Shown here: positions 23,360-38,339 of the stretch, piece by piece
Position numbering within the stretch: position 1 is the stretch's first letter
Layout: each line of letters opens with the position of its first letter
Assembly (NCBI GenBank): GCA_051362555.1
Contig: CM120642.1
Location: 5,084,001-5,148,000, forward strand
Source: Lingula anatina
Lineage: Eukaryota; Animalia; Brachiopoda
Reading direction: 5' to 3'
Length of the DNA: 64,000 nt
Position numbers and translations under genes: made by a program
The notes under the pieces: model-generated
What the model was told of the DNA's origin: nothing
Seen by the model: only the letters and a program-made list of their open reading frames with translations
Database searches by the model: none

Positions 23360-25309
23360 TCCTTGATAATGATTTGATAGCCCTAGCGCTATTTAGCTCG
23401 ATATCCATTCCGTTGATTTTGTAGTCTGTTCAGACTTTTCGTAGAACAGAATCAATGTCAGATAGACGTAGCACTTAGGCTTTTGAAACGTTTAAACTAG
23501 AAATAATTCGTCTTTTATTCTTCTGAGGTTTAAAGAAATCTTGCGCATTGTATGAAGAAAAAGCAATTTATTTCTATGAACTAGTGAGGTTGCTACCTGA
23601 AAAAACAAGAAATTAACAATAAATGAAAGACGAGATATTTGCAATCTTATCTGAAAGTCAGGAAGTTAAAAAGGGGCGTCTTCAGGCGTCTTCATTAAAA
23701 GGGTAAGCGAAGAAGTGGAAATTATGGTTCCCGTCGATGAGTACGAGAAACTTATAATATTTATTAATGTTGTTTGGTATGGAGACAAACGGAAAATTAC
23801 CTGTTTAAAATGAACACGAGATGTTTAACGATGCATGGCTATTATACTTAAAATTTCAAAAAGTATGTTCAACAAATGAAAAATGATATGTTTTCAACCA
23901 GGGATATGAAGACCGTATCTCATTTACAACTAATCAAATGTTGAAAAGTGTTAACAAAGCCATTAAGTGTTAGTAATACCGCAAGGGACGCCTTCAGGCA
24001 AAAGCACGTGCCTAATGAGTCTAATGACCCATCTTACCAAAAGGAGGTAATTTTTGCACGCAAACCTTAAAGAGAGAGAAATAAGAGGATATCCACCAAA
24101 GAACCTTGAAGTTACTAAATTCTGCAGACATTGGTGAATCAGTGAAATATGAAATGGAATCACATATCAGTAAAGATGACAGTCAAGATCCTCAAAGCAG
24201 ATACCACTAACTCTAGCCATGGTTGAAATCCATTATTATTCGAATTAAAGAAAATTACATGAAATGCTGCAAAAAGATATCTTATTCTCACCAGGTAAGA
24301 TATACTACAAAGATGGCAACCACTACTGGTGACAAAATTATTTCAAACAAAATGCATTATTCAATCAATTTTATTTTCATAGCTATATCCGGCGTTAAGT
24401 TAGACATCTTTTAGTCATTGTTAAACATGAAAAATGGAATTCTGTGAATCTTCCAATGTAATCATTGGATCGTTAAATTGGACATGACAACAGAATTTGC
24501 GCAGTGTGGTTTGTTTCGAGTGCAAGGAAATTAATTGAAAAGACTGACGAAACAAACGATTTGACAAGGTGACGTTTTACTTTATGAGTATATTATTTAA
24601 AAGTATCAAACCATTGGATACTGCTTAAATATCAACTGACAATAAACAAATTGTTGAAGATGGAAATGTTTAAATTCCTACATATTAAAACCTTTAGAAC
24701 AAATAAAGTAACCATAGAGTCAGTTGCTGTAAGTCTTTCAAACTAGCTTGCTACTGGTCTTTGTTTTTATAAACCGCGTTCTCGCAAATGCATAACACAG
24801 AGGAAGCCAGCATCACCTGTAGATCTAAAAACTAATCAATAACTCACAGCTCACAGATAAGAACCATACAACGACTAAACATGCCCAGTTGGACTAAGCA
24901 AACTAACGTAATATACACCGGGAAGTCTAGCGATTTTCTCTTCGATTTTCTATTTAACGCTGCTCTAAATAAATTGGCAGAAATTGCACGCAGAGGTGGC
25001 GAATTATGGTAATACCTGTTGTTAAACTGCGCCCCATTCACTGCATTACTCCGTGTTAATTTGCTTTGGTACATGCGATCAATTTAATGTTTAGATCTGC
25101 GTTAAATCTAGCAGATCAACTTATCATTTATGATCAACAGAAGGTTACCTTTAAATGTCAAAATCTCTTTGATACCTAATGTTTCATAGATTTTTTCGTG
25201 TGGTTTGTCATTGTCAGCATCATCCCTTGCGTGGAACAAGATAATTTAATAGCACCTAATGATCCCTTATACTAGTCCTATAGTGCGATATTTGGTGTTT
25301 TCTAAGACT

Positions 25310-25531
25310 GAGTTCCCACAAATTTAGATCGATCCATCTGGATCGACCTAATTCCCTGGGGGTTCACGCTAAATTGCTGTCAGTTTCCGGGAGCCGAGCG
25401 CGCACAGAAGTTAATTACCCCCTTACAGCTTTTAGTAGGCGGGACAGACATTTAAGCCAGCTAAGCTGACAGCAATCTAGTGAGACTCCCCAGAGGGATA
25501 GATCGATCTAAATATCTGTGGAAATGGTCTC
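25310..25531. mobile_element. MITE of the same family as 251-856 (opposite orientation, shorter)
   Basis: Ends gagttcccaca..tagatcgatc and gatcgatctaaa..tgtggaaatggtctc match the ends of 251-856. Inner arms ctaaattgctgtcag / ctgacagcaatctag. Confidence 0.7.
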
Positions 25532-25913
25532 TTAGAAGGCTTGAGAGTGACAAATAACGCCAGTGATGTACATCAATTTCAAATTTCAAAACTGTCAAAA
25601 AAAAAAAAAAAAAAAAAAAACTGGATCATACTTTGACTAAAGTATTGACTAAACTATGGCGAGTGAACAATCAACTATTTATGTGACTTCTACCAAGGTG
25701 GAATTAACGTAGACAGGACCTTTTGAATAATAAAAAAATGCTTTCAGACATGGCTTTAAGATCCCGCGGGTAACTAGTTCTGAGACCTGGGGTTTAACCA
25801 GGCTTTTATCACAAAAAGTGCAAATAACTTTTGTTCGACCGCGTTCAGATTCAAACATCGTACCAGGTGGATCGATCCGGCTCTGCGGTGGATTCTCGCT
25901 GAAGTGCATTCAG

Positions 25914-26018
25914 TGTAATCAGCTTTATTACCTGACAAGCCACCCTGAGTAGCTAGTTAATTAGTTAATTACCCCCTAGCAACTCGAGGAGGGTTGTCAG
26001 GCATTTAAGCTGATTACA
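25914..26018. repeat. Palindromic MITE core related to the 25310 family
   Basis: tgtaatcagcttta..cctgacaa pairs with ttgtcagg..taagctgattaca. Shares agttaattaccccct with about 25409. Confidence 0.55.
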
Positions 26019-26893
26019 GTAACCATCTTTGATCCACTCTATCGACGTCATTTTTGTTCTGCTCAGTGGCTTGATGACAGATTCAATGTGCATTACATTT
26101 CAAGGTAACCTATTACCCGAAAATGGCAACGTTCGTGCGGCAGGTTTCTTTCACCCGTCTTGGGAAAAATATTCATTCCAAAGTTAACTAAAAAAAAAAG
26201 GCAAATCCCTTTTATCTTCCAATGTCTTAAGACTGTGGTTTGACCTTTGGCTGAACAGTAGTGTCATAAACATCTCCGTGTTAAGTGGTATTTCTTGTAC
26301 AGCGTTTCTTATTTTTAAATACATGCCTTTTAAGTGGTTATCAACTACGACATAAGAAATCCTCTCATTTCACTTAAAGATTGCCACACATTTCCATGTA
26401 TAAAGAAACATAATTAACATTTATCTTCATGTGCAAACCCTAATGTTCAGTCTGTTTGAATTCCGTTTGTGGGTGATTCCAATGTGTTGTAGTATCAGCC
26501 TCCTTCCAGATCGTGAAAAGTGAAAAAATAACTGTACTGAAATTGAGGGTACTTGACAGAAAGCTGTCATGTTATGTTGCAAAAATTTGTTCATAAGTGT
26601 TGGTTCGCAAGTCGTTTCATTCAAATTTCTACTTCCAAGAATCTTTAAAACCTATTTATCGTGTATAGAAAACTGTCCTGTACTTACAATTTCATATTCA
26701 GAATCCCTTTCTAATAACCAGTGCTTAATTTTTACCGTGTCAATTGGCATAGTTGTGAAACCAACAAAAAATTTGATTCCGGTTTTTTTGTCGAATACCC
26801 AAGCATTCGATGCATGGTGCTGTAGTTACATACCCAGATTCTTATTTTGAAAATTGTTGCTGTTGTTGTTCATATAATTTGTTGTTGCTAGGC

Positions 26894-27199
26894 CTACATT
26901 AATTCCAAATCGTCCACCAATGACCTAACCCTTGTCGCCTGCTGACCGCTATCTGAGGCTCTCCTGGTTGCAGCTGTAAGCCTTTCTTCACTTATGGTAG
27001 GAATCGACTCGGAACATTGCCGCCTTGGCTTTTGCTTCGATGTCACATTACTAAAACCACCTGTTGCTCCCTCAGCATTGGTTTTATTTTGCAGAACTGT
27101 TTGCGTCGACGACGACGAAGATGATTCCGGAAAATTATCTTCCTTTGTTTCCTTTAGCTGAATTTCTTTAGCGTTGAAGTATTTGTTTCCCGAAGTCAT
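26894..27199 (-). CDS. Putative small disordered protein (101 aa), unknown function
   Basis: aagATG start, hydrophilic protein-like composition, higher GC than the flanks, a good acceptor (ttttactttgcag) at 27287 upstream and an in-frame stop before the ATG. Contains an RRAS motif. No family recognised. Confidence 0.55.
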   Translation of the reverse strand: MTSGNKYFNAKEIQLKETKEDNFPESSSSSSTQTVLQNKTNAEGATGGFSNVTSKQKPRRQCSESIPTISEERLTAATRRASDSGQQATRVRSLVDDLELM

Positions 27200-27992
27200 C
27201 TTAGGTTTCTATGTAGAATTTCAAGTTGTTTCTACCTAGTGTTTTCAGTGTTCACGCCGAGATTTGGTTCTTCACTTTATGCTCCACTGCAAAGTAAAAA
27301 CAGTTGGATTCATTACACTATTCTAGACCCAAGCCTCACATATACTCATATCCCTTATTCAAATTCAAAGAATTGCTTTACAAGCTTAAAACAACCTTAC
27401 CAATAGGAGGCCAGAGATACTCAGAAGAAAAGACGTCTTTTTTTCTGACCCTGGCCCTAGGTGAAAAAATGAGCTGAAAATCGATGCCTTTCTTCCTTTG
27501 AGATCACGAAATATCTGTCTAGGTTCATGTGCGTCACGAGCTGCTTCTAAAAGCTATTAAAAGACTGCTCAAAGCGTGACTATTCGCGAGAGATATTCCC
27601 TCATCTTTTGAACTATTGCGTGTACCCACGTGCGTGGTCAAGGGCCTCTAGTTAATGTGTTTTATGTAGAACATGGCAGACTGTCGTCATAATATGTGTG
27701 CAGAGCAGGAACCCGTAGATCAACCGAATTGGACTACCAGATTGCAGAGATCCTAACGAGCCAAAAGCAATTTGGTCGTCTGCTGAAGACTGTTATGCCA
27801 ATTCAAACACGTCTCATCCCTGATAGCATAGGACATCTACCACCATTATCTCTTATTTCTTAGCTAGAATGCAGTTTGCAGGCAGTTACATGTGTATGTG
27901 ACTTTTTATATGGCTCCCATACTTATAACGTTATGTCATTACCATCTTTTAGAGTATTTTGGCAAAAATCATTTTCATGGCAGTCGCCTATG

Positions 27993-28133
27993 GGGACTAA
28001 CTAGTCCGAGGGTCAAATATGGTGACCCACTACAAAGCTTGCCGTCTAATCCGCTAATGGACACTAAATAGATATCCCTCTGGGAAGTATTCAAGTGGGT
28101 CGGCCATATTTGACCCTTGGACTTGTTAGTCCC
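27993..28133. mobile_element. Palindromic MITE (family shared with 54244-54420 and 60177-60324)
   Basis: gggactaactagtccgagggtcaaatatgg.gacccact is the reverse complement of agtgggtcggccatatttgacccttggacttgttagtccc. Confidence 0.8.
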
Positions 28134-31100
28134 TTTATTCTTAATGGGGTCTATCATTAATGGTTTATTGCTGCGTTCTCTAGTAACACGTCGGCAGAGA
28201 CACGTAATATGATGCCAATAGGATTAATAAATCCACCCATTTAATTACACTTAAATTTTTTTACCATTTATCGTAACTGTAGCACCTGCACAGCCTATTG
28301 AACATACCTAAAAATTTATTTATATTAATTTCTTTTAATCAGTTACATTATTGATGTGTATCGCATTAAAACAAATATCTTTAAGATGGGGTTTCTATCA
28401 TATCTGCATAACCAGTGTGCCTCAATTAGCTATTGGCTATTTTTGTCAGGTATAAATATGTAAAAAGTTCGACAGCTGCTCATTCTTCGGAACTTTACAG
28501 GGAAGTATAACCAAAGGACATATTACCTAAGGTTTTGACTAAATAGCCTTGGGACAATATTTTTGGGGGAGTATTGAGTACCACAATGGTATAGCAAGAC
28601 CTACTGAGCCGAACCTTACATATGCTAGAGGCAATGCCTTGTTTTTGAGTAGATTAAGTTTTTATTTTATTTTGATTGGATATTTTTGAGTTATCAGAAA
28701 CGTAAATCATCCGCTTCAAAATTTGATGCGGAAACTGGGATTAATGCCTGTTGACATTTTCGTTTATCTCAATGGTACAATTGTCATGTGTGTATGCTGT
28801 ATGTACGCCATACCAAGTAATATAGACAATAGGGTAAAAAGATATAAAGGAGCCTTCTTTTGATGGTTTGTACTTTTAAAGTGACAATAATACCATTCTT
28901 TCACGGATTTGGAATCCACGACAAACACCAAATACACGATGACAATTAATATACATGAATAAGTCTTATTTTATACAAACATAAAGTCACATATGGCTTG
29001 GGTAAAAATAATATCCACCATTATTACCACACTGTATGGTTTATTGATTTGACATCTAAAAATGTCATGGCGCAAACATTAAAAGATAAATAAACAAACA
29101 AAACAGATGAAATAAAATTAAAGGGCCTATAAATAAATAAATAAATGCTAAATTAAAAATATATTTATATCAAAATGAATCTACAACTGAATTCACCTTG
29201 CGTGCTTTTACTTTATATGATTTCCAGAAATAATATCAAAAGTAATGTAGGCAAATAACGCATGGCAATAAAACAACATAGGAAAAGCGCAGTTAATTAT
29301 CCTAAAAATCAATAGGATTACGACGCGTACCTCAAAAGCACAAAGATAACGCGATTGCTTGCATGTAAGGGCTATGATATATGTAGTTGAATTCTGCTCA
29401 CCTGGCATTGTCATCACATGGCGTTTTTTGTATAGAAGTTCCTCATATTCTGAGGTGCATAAGATGATGATACACCTACCTCTAAAATACATTGCACAAT
29501 ATTCCTGAAACGAATGGTTTTCCATAGATTCGTATAGAACAGCTTACCTTACTGGACCATTACACTGGGTTAGAATGGAGGCTTAATATACTACATGTAG
29601 TTGCCTCTTGCAATTAGTCACCGCAGAGTTTAAGAGCCCGAATATTAACCCTCTTTTAGACCCTCTTTTACCCCCAGTGTCAGAGGGCGAATGCTTACTC
29701 GAATCCTGAATTTCAGTGTGCGGAGATTTTAAAATCATCTCTTCCACCAGTGCTATCTTTCCATTGCCTTTTTTTAGCTACTTGGTGCCCAGAGAGGCTT
29801 TCGCAATGAAACACTGAATAAATCATTATGGCCTGCGCACGTAGGTCTATCTTGTGCATTTATTTCACTGGGGAAGACGGCGTCGAAGGTCTCAAATCAC
29901 ATCAATTGCGTCCCCGGTTAAAATGATTGATCGATCAACCTACAGCCTGCTACATGTACCTTGAAAAATATATCTGCCTTACCTGTAGATAGGTGATGGC
30001 TTTCGTTGACCTATAAGCTGGTATGCCTACAGTTTCAATCAAATTTGGGGGCGAATCGCCAATTGTGAATAGAGACACAAAAAGAGCGATTATACTACGA
30101 TGGTTAAACTACATTTCATATTGAATCAACCTGTGTTTTTGCCAGACTCAATCAAATAATTCCGATATCTTCCTCTATTAGCAAATGAAAAATTAAACAT
30201 CGTTTTTAAGTCAATGGTTACCATCAGGTGCAAGCATATACATATCGGTATTACATTTGGAGACAAGCTTGTTACAAAGCTGTTCCCATGAAAGAAATAT
30301 GAGATGGAACCACTCCAGTCTTATATTAATGAATAGCACTTAGGTATTGAAAAGGCGTGAACAGCTGGACCAGCTGAGACAAGCAAATTGTTTTGTACAA
30401 AAAAACCTCTTAATGCAATGTTGATTTCTGTTTTTGTCTGCAAAGTCACGGCGATACAATGTTGATTTCGCTGGCATAGAAAGCTACTTTGTAAGCTGTT
30501 ATGGCACAAGCGCAGTAAAACAGAAAAATAAATCGATCACTAATTTCCCCCCAATATTGCTGCAAGGATAGCATCCTGACAGATGCCTGGTGAAAAAATT
30601 AATAAGAAACAGGCTTGTGCAAATGATGGCCTTTTAACACAACTAGAACATAGCCACCGGAATCATATCTGTTTAACATGCAGCCCAGCCTAGAAGTTTT
30701 GAAAAATGACAGAATAAACCACCCCGGTCCTAGGTATCCGGACACGTCCCCTGAGACCATCCTTCTCAGTGAATACCTTTGGGAGAAATTCCGTCTGTAT
30801 AAAGCTTGGTTCAGGGGACACACTCAATGCTCTGTGTGATGTTCATAAGGTTACGTATCAGCGAGAAGCCAAAGCTTGATCGTTTTATTTATGAAATAGA
30901 TTATTGATCACATAGTTGACTGACAGAGAAGGTGGTCGTTTGAGATAAAGGATGCACAAAGGGTTTTGGCTCTATGGTGGACAGCGGGTATTGGCCCACA
31001 CCTACATTACTAAGACCACACACGGATTTTTTTTTTCAAAATGTACAATCAATGAATTTTCATGGGGTAATCAACATTTTTGCATTTCATTGATTATCAT

Positions 31101-32128
31101 TTTTAAAGCGAGTTCAAAAATTCTGAGATACCCTATAAAATTTGTTTTAAGACCATTATTTTCCCTAACTTTGTTTTAAGCGGGGCACGCCGTAACATTA
31201 AATTTTTCATCAATATTACATGCATTTTAATTTGTATTCAATAAAAACTACCAATTAGATTAAAATCTCGTGGATGCGTATTTTCTGCTTTGAGACATTG
31301 GCAACTCCTGGTCACTTATGGACGTAAACACACAACCTCAATCTCCTTATTTGAGATAATTACAACTTGAAGTTTTCTATTGTATTTGAAGACAACGCCT
31401 GTCAAGTTCGCGAAAGCAAATAGCATCCTTTTCACTTAATGACAGAGTATTATATCTATATCTATATAGTCCGACCTCTTACATTTTCCATGTGATCGCC
31501 ATCCGACACGTACTAATAAGCGACTAAAGTTGAATTTAATGGAGAATCTTGTAAGGTATAGAATGCTAAAAATTGTAAAAAGCTACTTAAACGCAAGCTT
31601 GATCAATGCTTTGGACCAGGCTTTACCTTGGTGTTAAAGTTAAAGCTCCGGAAATAGAAAAAAATCCTCTTTTTGTCAAAATATATACATCGCACCTAAA
31701 TGTGTTCAATGTTTCTTTTTAAAAATATTTTGTTTAATGTCTGTTCATGCACTTGTCATGTAGTTCAGTTAGATAATCGCCCTTTATCAAAATATGCAAT
31801 TTTAAGGTAAAAAGGTCAAAGGTAAAATTGCAATGACATTGTTTTCTGACAATTTCCGAGACACGCGATAAGCAAGATAAGTAAATAAAGTGCCTTATTA
31901 TTGAACATTGTCTCGCTGTCGGCAAAACTGATAATTGGAAACCTGATAATTTAATGACTTCCGAGAAATGGCTTTGACATTAAAGCAAAGTCAGAAGAGA
32001 AAATGACGTGATATTTGAGATGAATACCGATGATAAGCATAAGAATTTAACCATTCGAGCTAAATTTATCAAAGGACAAAGACTCTGAGAGAGAAACTAT
32101 TTGCGCCCTTTGTTTTGCTTTGGTTCTC

Positions 32129-32132
<4 letters not shown>

Positions 32133-32197
<65 letters not shown>
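32133..32197. repeat. (TA)n microsatellite
   Basis: Uninterrupted TA run. Confidence 0.97.
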
Positions 32198-32198
<1 letters not shown>

Positions 32199-35100
32199 TA
32201 AAAAAAAAAGAAAAAATGTACAGTAGGCCCAAATTTGTATAACGTACCTAATTCCAAATGAAGCTTTAAACTCAAACCTACATTCCCATAGGTTTTCGTT
32301 TCTTTGAGGGGATTGTGAAAATCAGGAAAGCACAAAAGTAGACACTAAAAAAGATCGTTAATGGAATTTTGCTGGGAAAGAAATAAATACTAGGCTCTAT
32401 CGAACATTCTCTAAAACTAACCGTCTATAACACTGTCGAGTTCCAAAAATCGAAAATATCTCAATAACAAATTTGATAAGACCAGTATTATTCATTTTTA
32501 TTCAAGCTCAAAATTGCATTCAAAAATTGTAGATCCCATGAAGAGTAGTAATTTCATTGCTTCAAAAGATGAATGATACCACCGAGACACAGTCAACGGC
32601 TTACCAAATATAAGTGAAATTGCAGGATTTGTGTGAAAAAAGAAAGTAAGAAAGAAAGAAAAATACCACAGACAGTCCCTTTGCAGACTTCAAAAGCCCC
32701 GCGGCGCACGTGGTGCTAAATAAGCGTTATTTTCTGAAACTTTGTACGTCTGGTTATTTTCGCCCACCAACTAATTGTGGCAATCGGTAGTGACACGGTT
32801 CTCAGAAGAGAGATCACCTTTAATGGAGATGAGAGATGACTTTCTAATAGTGTTAACACTGACCTTTTTTGTCCTCAAGGCCACGATCTACTCGTGTAAG
32901 CATTACCTTTTCTTGTCCGAAATGTAGATGGATTACAACACATCTTTTTCATTTTTTTCTCAAAGACATAACATAGATTCTGAACATCAGTTTACTTTCC
33001 GTCACAATTTATCGCGTCAGTTCCTGACAATACGAGAAAAATATACAAATACAACCTCGAAACTGGAGGTCGAGAGTGATTTGCAAGGTTTAAAGGAGTA
33101 AAGTAGGCGCCTCGCCCCGTCAAATGAAACCAAGTTTTCATCGATTACAAGGGATTCTCTCGGCTTCTCAGACACATAGGGCAAATGAGACAAGAAAAAC
33201 GGATACAGATGCAAATCGATAAAAATTTAAAGCTTCCTGGTATATTAGCCTGAGTTTCAGACCCGACGTGGAGCGGCTTCTTTATTTCCAAATTAACACG
33301 CCAACTTACGTGTGGCACAATAATATACTGTAACAGGTACAGAGCTTGCTAACGCTACGATTTGGTGAACCTTTCGATGCACACTAAAATCGGGGCATAA
33401 GTAAGCTGGTAACCGTGCTAAATTTCAAGCGCACACTTGAGGCAAAGAAAGCTTAGATGAGAAGGTACTCGGCGCACATATTATTTTACGTGTACTGTGT
33501 GTAAAAGAGACAAAATGCCAAAATTATCAATAGACTCAACGTACATCTGTCTTAGGAGTTCACACCCCCCCCCCTTATAGAGATAGGAAAATGTCACTTG
33601 CGCGCGCCTCAGCACTGAAGTTCGGGGTTTCGATAACGATGACAAAACGACAGACATTTGTAAGGAAGCATTTTGATGAACACCAGGGATTGCCAAGATG
33701 GATAAGGAAAGCTGATATGTTTAAGAGTCGATAATCGTCTTGAATGTCCTCATATATCAATAAGGCAATCAGAAAAGGGTAACGTTTAACACAATCTGAT
33801 AATGAAATGTGCTAGTGATTAATTCTCTTTCACTTTTGCGTTTCGCCTTATCTGGAAAGGTCGTGTGAGGTCTAGAAAATTAATACAAATAATAACGATA
33901 CGTAGATGAAGCAAATAAATAAGTAAATGAAAATAATAAACAAAATTAACTTATTTTCCTGGGGTCTTCAATAAATAGTGCTCACCGACCATCATTTCAT
34001 CTAATTCTAAAAAGTAAATAAACGAGTAGATAAATAAATAAATAAATAAATAAATACTGGTCTCTTTACTTTGGTGAACAGTTATTCATTTTTCTTGCAT
34101 TTTACTTCATGTAGAATATCAGTTTTGAGTATTACAGTTAAGGCTGCCCAACAGTAATATCATCCACACTTTAACAGAAATAAGTAAGAATGTTGAAGAC
34201 AATGGAAATCGTGTATGCATTCCCTATAAGTAAAATTCATTGGTCTTTTGAGAAACCTATCAAACACTGAAAACTATGGATTGGTCTTTCATTAAACTTT
34301 AAGTAAAAGACCTATATGACTACCAATGTGTTACGAAAGGTATGAAATGGTATTCAAGGAGAATATACAGTATGTATAAAGCACTTTAAGGATTGAATTC
34401 TACACAAAAAACACTCTCACATCCGGTAAACTATCTACAGTGTAAGTAAACAAGGTCTACTTCAAATTCAACGTCCAACCTGTAAAAACGAGGAAATAAA
34501 CTTCGCTTTTGGTGGTACAACCTGCGTTTATATAACATACCTTTTCAACGGCGAAAGCTGAGTGAAGAAGACCGGATCTGGAGCCCACAAAATGGGTTAC
34601 GACAAGACAAACGCGGACATGCCGAATAAGATTGTTTGTCAACAGCTGTGGTCAGATCCAATGTAGCAGATAATTATACCTGTGTTATATAGTGACAGAC
34701 GTAAACGTTACCATGGATACGTCAGTATCCACTTCTATTCTGACAACAGTTAACCGGTACAAGTGTTCGCTGTCAGAAAGGAGAATAGCATAAGAAATTG
34801 AATTTGTCACCAAAGCCTTATACATTTTAATGAACACGCTTAAGTCTAGGAATAAAATCACGTCAAGCTGTGTATTTGATGTATAAAATCATTTTGATAA
34901 GTTAAAGCAGCTGAGTGATATGAAGTCCGTGCAGTTTCTAGAATCAGGCACAAGCTATATACTGTACATCATTTAGAACAAAATTTTAACTTTTAACTTT
35001 CTACGCGAAGCCTATTAAACTAGTTTAGACTTATTATTTGATTATTATCTGCAGACTACACGCATGGATTTCTATCTGAACACCGAAGATGATCAGATAG

Positions 35101-38100
35101 CTTCCAAAGTATTGGGTGTAAACGAGGAAAAGCTGCTATGGCAAAACTGAAAATGGAAAATCGATGAGCCTGGAACTCAAGGTGGCAATATATCGGCTAG
35201 TTTGTCTTTTTTTTTATTTTGGCAGACTGTCCACTGACAAATAGATCCATCAGTCAACGTATGTTATTACTCCTGGGGTTAATCATTTCACTTCACTGAC
35301 TTGAAAACAATTAGGGAAGGATTCATGGAGAATAAAAGCATCAGGCAACTGTGAATTGAATAAGAGATGCAATGTGTGTATTGAATTGTGTACGCTGTGG
35401 CTTTTTATCGTGTTACTAAAATTCTGGTAGAAAAGTATTTAGCTGTAAACAAATGGAAATACTCGTTAACTGTAATTTAAGAAACATGATACACTATTGA
35501 GGTCATTTTGAGGTTTTTATTTTGCATTTCAAAAGGGATTTTAAAAAAGTTTCCATGCTGAAATCATAAAATGTGAAGCCCCTGCAAACGATCAGTACAG
35601 AGGGCGAATCACAACCACAGTTAGTGCTAGCACTCACCATTTCACAAGTTCAACAGACGAACTACTATTCATTGTCTATTTGTGAGTTTTTATCCATCCT
35701 TTTTCCCATGAACTTCTTTGCCCTAAATGTTTCTTGCATTTAATGCGCTTCTTTCCCTCTGCCAGCCATTTCCAATACTACTGCCAGAGCTATAAAACAT
35801 TTCTCTTTCCGCTTAAATAATAATTTTATTTTAAAGTAATATAGATAATTGGGAATAACCTTAGTTCTTCCTACGTTTCACGACTAAGCGTAAAATCAAG
35901 CAGGATTTCGCCAGGATATGGAGGAGAGTGTAATCAGAAATAATGGCAGACTAGCGAGTGCTACGAGGCAACGAATAAAAGCTGGCAGAATTTATCCAAG
36001 GATTTTTTCCTGAGTGTTATCTCTTAGATTTTGCAGTCTGCGATGCACATGCAACAGTGCGAATTCACCGTTTTGCGCCGCTTAATTGAAAGTTAATTCC
36101 ACCTCACACGCACGCTCGCTCGTTTTCTACGCTCGTATGACGTCACACAGTGCCGACAGCCTCGTTTTAGGCCATCTCGTATGATTCCCTACTCAAAGCG
36201 CCGACGCTGCGATGGTGGATCCAAGATTTTGCATTGACTAAAAATATTGCTCGAAAGGTTTAAAACAGCAGACGGGGTTATTCCGTCGTAATTATGTGAA
36301 GGGCACAAGGATGAGAAAAGTGGTTGGTTTTGTCTTGTTTCGAACAAGAGAGAGCTTTCTCCTAAGCTGAATGGGTGGGGGGAGGGAGAACGTGCAGGCG
36401 GTATTCACCCTGGATTCGCCATTGTCATGTACATTAGAATGTCCGTACGCTACCTACTACTAAGTTTAGAACTCGTCTGTTTCTAAGCTTGATGCAAACA
36501 GTAATTCAACTATAACATTCCATTGATTTTCTAATCCGGAATGAAACAACGTTAATATCCTCCTCACATGCATGAATAGTCTACAAATGCATGGACATAC
36601 AAAAACAGTTCCTATTCCTAAGCCAGGAAAATCCCTATGAAATTGATTCTACAAATGAACAAATACGTGGCATAGCCCACAAATGAATATACAAAGCATT
36701 GTAATATTTGCCAGTTGAGCGTCGGCGATCTCAACCCTAGGTACCTACGAATATGGCTATTAAAACGCAGAATTTTAATTTCAACCGCAAAAAGAAAATG
36801 TGTGCATAAGTGGTTAAACACTCGCACGCGCACGCATGTGTGTGCGTTAACCAAGCACAGGAATCTAATATTATTGGTAAACTAATTAAAATGCCAATAG
36901 ACGGTGACGTCATCATACCTTAATACTCACCCAGCCTGGCCCGGTTGAACCAAAATCTTCTGCTTTAAAGGTAAATACTGAAGACGCCGCCCCTATATCC
37001 TAAGATGCAATGTGCACGTTTGTCGGCAGACAGATTAGCATGCTAATCAATAACAGGTGTCGACGCTTTCCTCGATTGATCTCTGCACTACACCCCAACT
37101 ACTTATAAAGCCTACTTAGTATCGACAATAATTCTCTACGGTAAAACAAATGTTTTGATTTCCGGGTACCAAAAAAATCAATAGAAAACCAAAGTGGCAA
37201 ACATTAATGGCAGATTCCTAGATTATTTGGAGCTAATCATGATGGCAATAATGGCGCCGAAAAACAGAGCCGATTATTTGAACTAAGTATAGTCATTTTT
37301 ACTTGAAATATGATTCCCTTGCGATGTTTTATCTGAAAACTTCATAAAGTCTCAAATAACATTACGTAACGTCACTGATGTAAAGTCTATCACGAGAAGT
37401 CAATTATTTAAAAATTTAACACTTTATGCCAAACTTTCATCGAATAAAGGGAGAACATGCGGGTCGGTGGATCAGAAGAAAATGTCTGTATATGTCTATT
37501 TTGTCATATAACAAAGATTTTCCTGCATTTTATTGATTTTTTTTCAAGTTTATTTATCGTGCAGGTGATTAGCCTCGAAATATCTCTTTACGCGCATATA
37601 ATCCGTATATATATATATAGCAATCATGTTGTAAATATTTAACTGTGATTAGCCAACGGAAGAGGAAATAATTCTAAACTCAATAATTCAGATAATAAAA
37701 AACAATCTGTTCCTTGTGAAGCGCTGTTGGAATCGCGATCACAAGAATCATCCATCTAAAGCTAAATGTGATAGTTGAGAAACCTAGTACGCTCACTGAC
37801 ACAATCAAGGAGGGATGCCCGCAAAACGCATCACATGTTCACATTTCATTTCTTTCTTTGTACTGTCAGTACCGTGGGTTTACAACAAATGGAAACAACT
37901 GTCTCTCGCATGGTTGGTCGTTGAAATCCTTATTCACAGTTTCCTAGTTAAAGCTGTTTAATTCACTAAATCACCTGCTAACATGGTTTGCCTTTGTGCT
38001 TAACAAAAAAACTTCTTTTTACTAGTACTTCATACATGTACATGTTCATCAAGCCCACTCACCGATTTTTAGGTTTTCCTCAAAATTAAAAGCCAATCAC

Positions 38101-38265
38101 AACATTATCATTTTTCATTCATAAAGTAAGTACACTTAGCAGTGCAGGTTATCCCTTACAAATGAAGTGTTCAGGTTCAACCAGCTGATACAGTGTAAGT
38201 GAATGATCTACGGACTCATGGAGTCAACACTGGTATAATACCATCATCCAAATCTCATAAACACC

Positions 38266-38268
<3 letters not shown>

Positions 38269-38334
<66 letters not shown>
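38269..38334. repeat. (TA)n microsatellite
   Basis: Uninterrupted TA run. Confidence 0.97.

Positions 38335-38339
<5 letters not shown>

Noticed and set aside
30679-30839. 53-codon plus-strand ORF (MQPSLEVLKNDRINHPGPRYP...), and a 47-codon ORF at about 33590
   Set aside because: Short, with no recognisable motif and no supporting splice structure.
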